Below are positions 31,701-39,570 of a stretch of 64,000 nt of DNA, in pieces. Within the stretch, counting starts at the first letter, position 1. Each line of letters starts with the position of its first letter. A model generated the notes under the pieces. That model was not told the origin of the DNA. It worked only from the letters and a program-made list of their open reading frames with translations, and made no database searches. Source of the stretch: an uncultured Acidimicrobiaceae bacterium (GTDB taxonomy: Bacteria; Actinomycetota; Acidimicrobiia; Acidimicrobiales; Bog-793); the NCBI GenBank assembly GCA_963761425.1, contig CAVXGQ010000005.1, forward strand, positions 316,760 through 380,759. Direction: 5' to 3'. The position numbers and the translations under genes are program-made.

Positions 31701-32148
31701 CTTTCCAGTCCACCGCAACGCAGAAGCTCGCCGTCGGGCAAGAGACGGAGGTCGGGGTGTTTCCAGTGTCGATGCTGTTAGGTGGCGACCACGAGCTGCC
31801 GTTGTAGGTGAGGGCGCGGCCGACCTGGTCCACGGCAGCGCAGAAACTCGCCGTCGGGCAGGAGACGGAAGACAGGCTGGACGACGCGTCGATCGCCTCA
31901 GGCGAGGACCACGAACTGCCGTCGTAGGTAAGGGCGTTGCCAGCGTCGTCCACCGCAACGCAGAAACTCGCCGTCGGACAGGAGACGGACTCCAGGCTGC
32001 TCCCGCTCGGGTCGATAAGCGTTCCCGATGACCAACCGGCCGTCGAAGCCGCGGCCGGCGACGGAAGCCCGGCAGCGAGTACCGCCGAGGTCGCAGCAGA
32101 CAACAGCGCAACGACGGCGAACAGACGAAGGAAAGCTAGTTTCGGCAT
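28759..32148 (-). CDS. Large secreted adhesin-like protein: Cys-rich propeller head, Ig-like domains and six 84-aa repeats
   Basis: Signal peptide; seven 40-aa SVSCPTASFCxAVD repeats; Ig-like group 3 segments; basic C-terminal Ig-like domain. Confidence 0.88.
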   Translation of the reverse strand: MPKLAFLRLFAVVALLSAATSAVLAAGLPSPAAASTAGWSSGTLIDPSGSSLESVSCPTASFCVAVDDAGNALTYDGSSWSSPEAIDASSSLSSVSCPTASFCAAVDQVGRALTYNGSSWSPPNSIDTGNTPTSVSCPTASFCVAVDWKGNAFTYNGSSWSPPKSIDAGNILESVSCPSVNFCAAVGQNGYALTYNGSSWSLPESIDAGYWPVSVSCPTVSFCAAVDSWGHVLTYNGSSWSSPESIDPGNDLWSISCPSASFCAAVDLSGNALTYNGSSWSSPESIDPGNDLEFISCPTAHFCVAVDYIGYAFVYSTTTSTTTTTITSVTSSPVVGQPISVGVEVTGPSTTSGSLTPSGQVSVSDGTQSCEATLSGSNGIATGTCSITEQAAGNYSLTASYPGDANFTSSMTSASTSLTVGKATPTTPSISNLPASGTFGGGFTASVSTTGDGATSVTSNSTGVCTVSGLVVTYVGVGTCSLTAHVAAGTDYAAADGSAQSFSVGKATPTTPSISNLPASGTFGGGFTASVSTTGDGATSVTSNSTGVCTVSGLVVTYVGVGTCSLTAHVAAGTDYAAADGSAQSFSVGKATPTTPSISNLPASGTFGGGFTASVSTTGDGATSVTSNSTGVCTVSGLVVTYVGVGTCSLTAHVAAGTDYAAADGSAQSFSVGKATPTTPSISNLPASGARGGGFTASVSTTGDGATSVTSNSTGVCTVSGLVVTYVGVGTCSLTAHVAAGTDYAAADGSAQSFSVGKATPTTPSISNLPASGTFGGGFTASVSTTGDGATSVTSNSTGVCTVSGLVVTYVGVGTCSLTAHVAAGTDYAAADGSAQSFSVGKATPTTPSISNLPASGTFGGGFTASVSTTGDGATSVTSNSTGVCTVSGLVVTYVGVGTCSLTAHVAAGTDYAAADGSAQSFSVGKASQTITFTVPSSGTVNGSASLSPTASSGLTVTLSVDGTTTNDACSISGDTVSYLHAGSCVIDANQAGDADYLAATQVQQTITVGQATTTSSTGSPPVPTHVAKATTRTALKLSARKVTYGHEQTEHLSVTVSSQYSGSMPTGTVTVKASTRTLCVIRLSSGKGSCRLSAKWLKVGTYHLIATYGGSTNFKGSTSAKETLRVVR
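29369..30880 (-). repeat. Six near-perfect 252-bp tandem repeats
   Basis: The same short ORFs recur every 252 bp; the only difference I saw is at 30077-30081. Confidence 0.97.
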
Positions 32149-33035
32149 CGTGCCCCCTCATGATTCGGAACTTCGATGAACAAGAGCCAGGTGACCACGG
32201 CGCTCCACGCCATCGCGCCGACCGGTGAGGTGGCGAGCTTGCTGAACCATGGGGTCGACCGGCAGGTCGCTACGACGGAGCCGAGCGGCGAGGCGTAGGT
32301 CTGCTCTGCCCAGACGAGGCCGGAGGGCCGGCCCGGCTCAGAAGACGGCTGGCACACCACAGGGACAGGAGCCAAGGCGCGACGAAGTAACGCCCAGATT
32401 TCCCAAGAGAAGCGCCTCGCCGAACCGCTGTGCGCCCCCGGCTCAGCGCCGACGCACCACGACGCTAGCCACCGGACGCGCTCTACCGACCGTCCCGGAC
32501 GATCTCGGCCCTCGAGCCCTACCGCAACGGGCCCGCCATGGCCTTGTGCTCTGGGCCATGCTTGCTCGAACCCGACAACTCGAGCACTCATTCTACCGCC
32601 CGTCTCGTTCACTGCTCGAAAAACCGAGCAGCTCCTAACCGAGCAAGGACGGTTTCACCATTCGCTCCTCCCGGCTCAGGTGACCAATCACGAGCCGGGG
32701 ATCACCGCTCCCCCGCCACTGCAACAAGACGCCCTGTGAACACGCAGCGACCTGCCATTTCGGCAGTTGTGCACATGGTAACAGACGCGATTTTGCTAAT
32801 TGATGGGCCTGTTGTATCCGTCTATTGACGGTGACGGTGTTGCCAATGATTGGGCAATTTGGCCGTTCGTGAACCCATACTTGTCCGTTGGTGAACCGAT
32901 GTGCCGCTCGCCGCCCGTTCTTCTGGACGTTCATAGGTCGAGTCGCCAAGCTAATCGGTCGTGCAATCGCGCAGAAGTCCCAAGTGGGCCCTTCAAGCCC
33001 ACCGGAACGGGCATCCATCGGCCTCCACCACAGCG

Positions 33036-33285
33036 CTATCGGCTGAAAGGGATGGCCAGCTTAAGCACCTCCACTCCGACCACCGTCGCCAGTGTGCTCC
33101 ACGTCGAGACGTGTGGAGTCCACTTCCCACGCCGGATGTCGGACGCGTACGCCTTGGAGCAGCCTGCCGCCGCGGCGATCTCGGAAAGTATCACAAGAGC
33201 GAGCCTCGGCAGGATCTCCCGCCGGAACAGCTTCGGGTCGCAGACCGCGCCGGGATTGGCTTTGTCCCCACTCCAACAGCGCCCG
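33036..33285 (-). pseudogene. HTH fragment resembling the C-terminal tail of casposase-type Cas1
   Basis: ALLEW/DKANPGAVCDPKLFRREILPRL...LSEIAAAAGCSKAYASDIRRGKWTPHVSTW with a 1-bp frameshift near 33268; family recalled from memory only. Confidence 0.5.
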
Positions 33286-33443
33286 GTGTGGGCGATGACG
33301 GCACCCGTCTCGCTTGGCCGTTGGACGAGCTCACAGAGCTGCCGGTAGGTGAGGCGCGCCAGGGTACAGAACAACGCCCTTGCACTCGCGCTGGTTGACG
33401 GGAACACCGCGCCCGAATCGGCGTTCCGCACTTTGACGAGTGC

Positions 33444-33513
33444 CCCAGAACAATGACAATGCCCCTGAAGGTCACCGCGTCATCTGTTGGTTCTCAATAG
33501 TTTCGGGAGCACT
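33444..33513 (+). repeat. 70-bp dispersed repeat, copy 2
   Basis: Matches 24423-24492; imperfect terminal IR AGTGCCCCAGAA / TTCGGGAGCACT. Confidence 0.95.
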
Positions 33514-33566
33514 GGAGAGTTCAGCCTGACTTGAATTGATGATGACGACGTCGGTTGTCGTCGGCT

Positions 33567-34434
33567 GAAGTTCTCCCGACGACGGTCGTAGACCGTCGTC
33601 GTCCTTGGATCGGCGTGTCGGGCCGCGATCTGCACATCGCGAAGCGGAACACCGGCGTCGAGGGCGGCCATGATGAATCCGGCCCGGAGCATGTGGGGAT
33701 GGACGGCTCGCAGGCCGGCCCGCTTGCCGATTGAGCGCACCCAACGGTGGGCGGTTCGGCGGTCGAGCCGCTCGCCGTCACGCCGGCGCAGAATTGGTCC
33801 CTCCGACCGTTCCCCGACGGCGAGGTCAATCGTTCTCGCTGCGCGCGGCACGAGCGGGATGACGGCTGGCTTGTTGCCCTTCCCGATGATGCGAAGGGTT
33901 CGGTGTCCGCGGTCAAAGCCGAGGTCCTCGATGTTCGTTCCGCACGCCTCGCTCACCCGGAGCCCGTTCAGTCCGAGGAGCACCGCCAGTGCGGCGTGAT
34001 CACGGTCGAACCTCTCGGCAGTGAAAAGGAACGTTCCGAGCTCGCCGCGGTCCATACCGCGACCTTCGCTCGGATACACGCTTTGGGCGTCGCACGTACT
34101 GAGCCGGGTTGGACGAAATTCTCCCGTCGATATGGGCGAAGCGGTAGAAGCCGCACACCGTCGACAGTCGTCGGTCAATCGTTGAAGCGGCGAGGCCCCG
34201 CTCCTCGAGCGCCGTGCGGTAGAGCTCGATGTGCGGTCGCGTCGCATCGAGAACCGGGAGCTTCGTATCACTCGCCCACTGGAAGAACGAGCGAAGGTCG
34301 AACCGGAAGGCGTCGAGAGTTCTCCCGCTGTAGCGGGCGAGAAAGGCCGCCGCGGCCACGTGTGCTTCGTCAAAGGCAAACTTCCTCCCAGGTGGTTCAA
34401 GGAACGCGGTCGTCGGTTGCAGTCCAGGCATCAT
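33567..34434 (-). pseudogene. Frameshifted tyrosine recombinase
   Basis: The N-terminal SAM-like part (RRLSTVCGFY, NPAQYVRRPK) and the catalytic part (GLRVSE, GKGNK, HMLR, RHADPRTTTVY) lie in different frames, with the shift near 34081. Confidence 0.85.
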
Positions 34435-34605
34435 CTTCCTCCGATCGTTGAGGAAGACAGCGAACACCCTGCCAAGGAGCCGGCGTTCAGAGGCACTTCA
34501 AGACGCCCCTCGTCATGAGTGTTTGGGGATACGGCTCGGCGAAGTCGATCTACGTAGCGACGGCCCAACTAGATCCCCTCACGCGAATCGGTCGGGCTCG
34601 ACGCC

Positions 34606-36017
34606 TCAAGGGTGCCGCGATGGAACGAGTATCGCTGCACAATTTGTCCAATTTTGCGCTCCCGCGAGCCCAAAATAAAGAACGGATTCGCCTGTCCACA
34701 GAAGCGTCGGACCGCCAGGGGAACTGCACGGGATCTTCGGCACGGCAAGCCACTTCTGATTGCTCGGGTCGTATGCCACCCCGTCACCAAGCGCGAGGTT
34801 GTCTTGTGACGAGCTCATGGTTTCGTTCATCGCATATAGCGCTCTTCCCGTCCAGACGACGGGACCGGCGTCGCTCGCGACTACATTGGGCGGCCAACGC
34901 GACCATGAGTCAGTCGTCGGATCGAAGACGTTGACGGTGTCCGAGTCGTCCCGCCCGATGCAATCCTCGTCCGGAAGACACGCGGTCGCATCGACGAGGA
35001 GGATGCGAGAACCGGTCCAAATGGTCCTGGCGCCAAGCGTGAAGACCCATTTCGGCGCGAGCCGCAGGAAAATCCAAGAAGTCGCTCCAGGCCGCAGCTC
35101 GGCCACCGGTCCATAGGCCGAAAAGGAGAGGGAGTCCTTGGTGAGCCTTGTCGTGATCTGGTACTCGAGAAACGCGACGAGTCGCTTTCCCGTCCAAATG
35201 AAGTCGGCGCTGACCAGCAATCCGCGGTGATCGACGAGCAACTGTGGTATTCGCGACCACTTCCACGTGCTGGGGTCGAAGGCCGCGCCGTTAAGCAGCA
35301 ACCTCCCCGATCGCGTGAGTCCGCTGATCACGACGACGCGGCTTCCCGTCCAGAGGGCGGCCGAGGCGAGGCGCGCTGAGATCGGAGCTGGCGGGAGCAT
35401 GCGCCATCGGTGTTCCGTCGGCGAATATGCGGCCCCATCTCCGTAGACGCGCAAGATGCCGTGTCCGAAGGTCTCGCGGTCGCCTCCCCACAATACGGCG
35501 ATCTTGCCCGTCCACACCGCGGCGATGTCGGTTCGTGGAGCAAGTGGTGAGGGTGGAAGGAGTGACCAGCTGTGCGTGGACGGGGAATACAGCGCACCGC
35601 CGGGCGAACGCCCGTAGGAGCGAGGGATCGTCTGCTCGTATATCTGCTGTTTGGTAAACCCGCCCCACACGAAGAGCTGCTTTCCCGTCCAAAGTTCCGC
35701 CGCTCCCATGCGTGGCGGAAGCGGTGAGGAGGGGAGCATCGTCCAGTGCCCGCGTGCGAGGGAGGACGCGGAACCGATTCCTGCGGCCAGGTCGCCTTTT
35801 CTCGCCGAGCGGAGTGCGACGGTCGAATCGAGCGGATTCAGATGAGGGGAAATGGCGGGCACGAAATTCTGGGGGTCGCTCGCGGCTCGGGGTCCGTGGC
35901 TGTCGAACGGCGCAAACGGATGCGCACCGGCGATCGCAACGCTCAGGAACGCGACAAGTGCCGCGAGTATCTGTCCTCCCACCGTGTTGATTTTCCCAGG
36001 TTCGCTCCGAGCCGGCA
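34606..36017 (-). pseudogene. Kelch-like repeat exported protein, cut off from its native start by IS110
   Basis: Repeated WTG..VWGG / GAxYxP...W motifs; in-frame TTG start and GGAGG RBS lie beyond the IS at 37343-37385; GTG 35982 could serve as an alternative start. Confidence 0.75.
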
Positions 36018-36280
36018 GCGAGGATCGCGTTGGACGTTGACGGTCTCTTCTTGACCGGCCAGCGTTTCGAGTGAGTGCCCGAGCCGGGTCTGACTCCATC
36101 TAAAACCGGCTGACGTCCTTTCGGACTGTCCTGAAGACGATCCGTCGGCCCGGCCCGGACACTGCTCGACACCCATCGGTTGGACGGAGTGACCTCATAG
36201 GAGCCTGCCGCACAGGCCCATCGCTGTCCTGTCCGTCGTCCTTTCGGTGCGGTGCCACCCACCCATCGATCAATGAAGGG
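36018..36280 (+). ncRNA. Putative IS110 bridge RNA region
   Basis: Two stem-loops whose internal loops match the target and donor half-sites (see findings). Confidence 0.7.
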
Positions 36281-37339
36281 ATGACGATGACCACTATCGC
36301 GCCACGCATCACCGGGGGTGTCGACACACACCTCGACGTCCACGTGGCTGCTGCGCTCGATGACCACGGAGCACTGCTCGGTGTGGAGATCTTTCCAACG
36401 ACTCCCTCCGGTTACCGGCAGCTCTACTGGTGGTTGTCGAGATTCGGAGCGGTCAACCTAGTCGGGATCGAGGGCACCGGCAGCTACGGCGCCGGCCTCA
36501 CCCGTTACCTCCACGACCACCAGGTCCGCGTCGTCGAGGTCGATCGGCCGAATCGTCAACGTCGACGTCGTCGAGGCAAGTCGGATCCCGAAGACGCCGT
36601 CTCTGCTGCTCGTGCCGCGCAAGGTGGTGAGGCCAAGGGGCTGGCGAAGACGAGGGACGGCAATGTCGAGTCCATGCGGGTGTTGCGCGTCGCGAGATCC
36701 TCGGCGCGCCGGGGGCGGACCCAGGCCCTCAACCAGATGCGGAGCCTCATCTCGACCGCTCCGGACACGCTCCGCTCCGAGCTCCGTGAGCTGACCATCT
36801 ACCAGGTGCTCGAGCGCACTTCCGCTTATCGGCCGGGCACCAAGCGCGACATCGTCTCGCTCACGAAAAAGACCTTGAAGACGCTCGCCCGGCGGGCGAT
36901 CGCGCTCGAAGACGAGGTCCGGGAGATCGATGCGGTCTTGAAGGCGCTGGTCACCGAGACAGCCCCGGAGCTGTGCGAGGTCATCGGGGTGGGCACCGAC
37001 GTCGCCACAGCGCTCCTGGTCGCGGTCGGTGACAACCCCGAGCGGTTGAAGAGCGAGGCGACCTTCGCTCACCTCTGCGGGGTGTCTCCCATCGATGCGA
37101 GCAGCGGCAAGAACGAACGGCATCGTCTCAACCGGGGCGGCGACCGCAGCGCCAACTCGGCCCTCTGGCACATCGTGTTCACCCGCATGGTCTGCGACCC
37201 CCGGACACAGCACTACATCGAGCGACGGATGAAAGACGGCCGAACGAAGAAAGAGGCCGTTCGATGCCTCAAGCGCTACGTCGCCCGAGAGGTCTTCGCC
37301 CAGTTACCCCGGCACCAATTCGTGCTTGACAACCCATAG
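36281..37339 (+). CDS. IS110-family DEDD recombinase/transposase
   Basis: GGVDTH, IEGTG, KSDPEDA, GVSP..ASSG, RLNRGGDR and CLKR motifs. Confidence 0.95.
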   Translation: MTMTTIAPRITGGVDTHLDVHVAAALDDHGALLGVEIFPTTPSGYRQLYWWLSRFGAVNLVGIEGTGSYGAGLTRYLHDHQVRVVEVDRPNRQRRRRRGKSDPEDAVSAARAAQGGEAKGLAKTRDGNVESMRVLRVARSSARRGRTQALNQMRSLISTAPDTLRSELRELTIYQVLERTSAYRPGTKRDIVSLTKKTLKTLARRAIALEDEVREIDAVLKALVTETAPELCEVIGVGTDVATALLVAVGDNPERLKSEATFAHLCGVSPIDASSGKNERHRLNRGGDRSANSALWHIVFTRMVCDPRTQHYIERRMKDGRTKKEAVRCLKRYVAREVFAQLPRHQFVLDNP

Positions 37340-37445
37340 GAGCATCGGTTGGGGACGCGCGGCACGGGTAATCAATCCACCTCCGGAAGGCTCCCACTGG
37401 TCACTTTGACGGTATACCGCATTGCGGACTATTGTTCACTTTGTC

Positions 37446-37772
37446 ATGGATGAACTCGGCTTCTTCGGCCGCTACACCGGGCCGGCGACCCTCATCCTTT
37501 CGAGCCTCGCCGCGGGAGCGAAACACGGCTATGCCCTGACCAAGGACATCGAGCACTTCTCCGGGGTGCATCTCGCTCCCGGGACCCTCTACGCGGCGCT
37601 CGACCGACTAGTGAATCGCGGCCTCATCGAAGGACTGGAACCCGAAGGTCGACGCCGCCCGTATCGCATCACCGCCCTCGGTGCAAAGACATTGCGGGAG
37701 CACTTAGAAGCACAGCGTCGGGTGACCGAGACCGGCCTTCGCCGACTCGCCGGGGAGTTCGGCGCCCCGTGA
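37446..37772 (+). CDS. PadR-family transcriptional regulator
   Basis: KHGYAL, PGTLYAALDRL and RRPYRITALG motifs. Confidence 0.92.
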   Translation: MDELGFFGRYTGPATLILSSLAAGAKHGYALTKDIEHFSGVHLAPGTLYAALDRLVNRGLIEGLEPEGRRRPYRITALGAKTLREHLEAQRRVTETGLRRLAGEFGAP

Positions 37773-38599
37773 GATCCCCAGAGCGACGCGCCAGGCGTCT
37801 CGTGCGCTGGTATCCGCGCGCCTGGCGCAAGCGCCATGAAGACGAGTTCACGGTGTTGCTCGAGGATTCGATGTCTGAACGGCCGTTCTCGCCACACCGG
37901 GCGCTCGACGTCGCGATGCACGGGTTGCGTCTTCGCGCTGTCGAACTACGCGAGTCGCGTCACCGGATGCTCGTCGGCTCGAGTGCCTCGTTGATCGTGT
38001 TGATCGGGGTGGTCGCCGTCGTCACGAACGGTTTCGGCCTTCTCGCTGTCACAGGGCCGACGAAGGGTCCGATTCCGCTCGACGCCAACGTGAAGGGTCG
38101 CGTCGACCTCAACAAGGTTCCCGATTTCGTCGCCACCGTCGGGAAGGGTGGCAAAGTCATCGGCTACGTGCCAAAGGCGGATCTCTTTCCTCCTTCGACA
38201 ACGGGCGTGCACCTCGGTCCGCAGACACCACTTGTTGTCGAGCCGGTCTACGCCGGTGATCTGAGGACCCTGGTCGGGCACCTCTACCCGGGCGTTGGGT
38301 TCGTGCCGCGCGGCGTGAAACCCTCGACAGAGACCTGTCTACCCGAGACGACGGTCGCAAACGGACAGGTCCAACCGATTCCGTGTCCGTCGTCCTCGGT
38401 GACCGTCCCGAGCGTTGTCGGGATGTTCACGCCAACCGCAGTCGGAAAGCTCTCCGGTCTCGGACTCAACGTCCAGATTGTCAACGTCAAGTCTTCTTCG
38501 GTCGCACCTGGTCACATCGTCTCGATCTCACCACCTGCAGGCTCAAATGTCTTCGCCCGATCGGTCGTGACGGTCGACATCTCAGTCAGGGTCTCGTAA
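37769..38599 (+). CDS. PadR-associated membrane protein with C-terminal PASTA domain
   Basis: LVRWYPRAWRKR...EF N-terminus, one TM helix, VTVPSVVG...PPAG. Confidence 0.75.
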   Translation: MRSPERRARRLVRWYPRAWRKRHEDEFTVLLEDSMSERPFSPHRALDVAMHGLRLRAVELRESRHRMLVGSSASLIVLIGVVAVVTNGFGLLAVTGPTKGPIPLDANVKGRVDLNKVPDFVATVGKGGKVIGYVPKADLFPPSTTGVHLGPQTPLVVEPVYAGDLRTLVGHLYPGVGFVPRGVKPSTETCLPETTVANGQVQPIPCPSSSVTVPSVVGMFTPTAVGKLSGLGLNVQIVNVKSSSVAPGHIVSISPPAGSNVFARSVVTVDISVRVS

Positions 38600-38783
38600 C
38601 GCCGGCCTCCTAGAGGTGGCGGCGGCGTCAAACTTGGGATGTCGCTCAGCCGGCGGTCAGGGACGGTCTGGCGTCGATGTCGTGACGCGCATGAGGGGAC
38701 GCGCTGTAAAATGGCTTCGCTAAACTTGCGCGGGGCGACAGGCGAAGAGCTTCAGCGCGAGGAAGCGCGAAGAGGTCGCCCGC

Positions 38784-39284
38784 ATGGTGTCACTACGATC
38801 CGGTGTCGTGACAGACGAGGATTGTGCTCTCTGTAACGTCCCCGCGGTCGATGCCGACTTCGGGAGGGTCGAGGTCTGGCGGGACTCTCTCTGGCGGCTC
38901 ACCACGAGCACGGGCCCGGGCGATCCGACCCCTGGCTTCTCCTACCTCGAGCCCCTACGACACATCCGGTACGTGCACGAGCTCGATGGCGAGGAATCGG
39001 CCACCTTCGGCCCGGTGGTCGCGCGTTGCGCCGCGGCGCTGAAGGAGGCGACGAGCGCTGAACTGGTGTACGTGTACATCTTTGGGGGAGGAATCCCGCA
39101 CCTCCACGTACACCTTGCCCCGCACGTTGCCGGCGACGCCCTGAACGAGTCGATCCTGCGGGGTGAGTTCGAGGAGCGACCCCTTCCCTCCGGTGCCGTC
39201 GCCTTCGTGAGCAAAGACTTCCCCGAAGTGCCCGAAAAGGAGCTTGCCCGCGTGGCCGACCGCGTCAGGGAGCTGCTGAACTGA
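38784..39284 (+). CDS. HIT-family protein
   Basis: CALC and PHLHVHL histidine triad; start may be GTG 38808. Confidence 0.85.
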   Translation: MVSLRSGVVTDEDCALCNVPAVDADFGRVEVWRDSLWRLTTSTGPGDPTPGFSYLEPLRHIRYVHELDGEESATFGPVVARCAAALKEATSAELVYVYIFGGGIPHLHVHLAPHVAGDALNESILRGEFEERPLPSGAVAFVSKDFPEVPEKELARVADRVRELLN

Positions 39285-39570
39285 TCGAAACGCCGAGGGA
39301 TTGACAACGCGGTGCCCTGACCGGACCGCGCCGTCCCGAGCCCAGGTGCGCCCCGCCCCGGCGGTAGGGGACGCGACAGCGCTACCCGCGCTCGCGCGTT
39401 TTGGGACGCGCGACCCAGCGCCCGATCCGTCGTTACGCGCCCGCGACCTGACTGAGGACGCACCTTGCGCGGCGTACAGATGATTCGATCGGCGGCAGGC
39501 CTCGCGCCGCCCGGCCGATGCAGTGGGTGCGTACCAAACCTGGCGTTCCTGCGCGAAGTGCTGTTGGCAG

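Larger units (their letters stand above)
36015..37344 (+). mobile_element. Intact IS110-family element
   Basis: GCA core at both ends; removing it restores the reading frame of the Kelch-like gene; long non-coding left end; TTGACA in the right end. Confidence 0.88.

Noticed and set aside
34525-34580. GGGGATA...ATCCCCTC as a casposon terminal repeat
   Set aside because: Too short, and no partner end was found in the window
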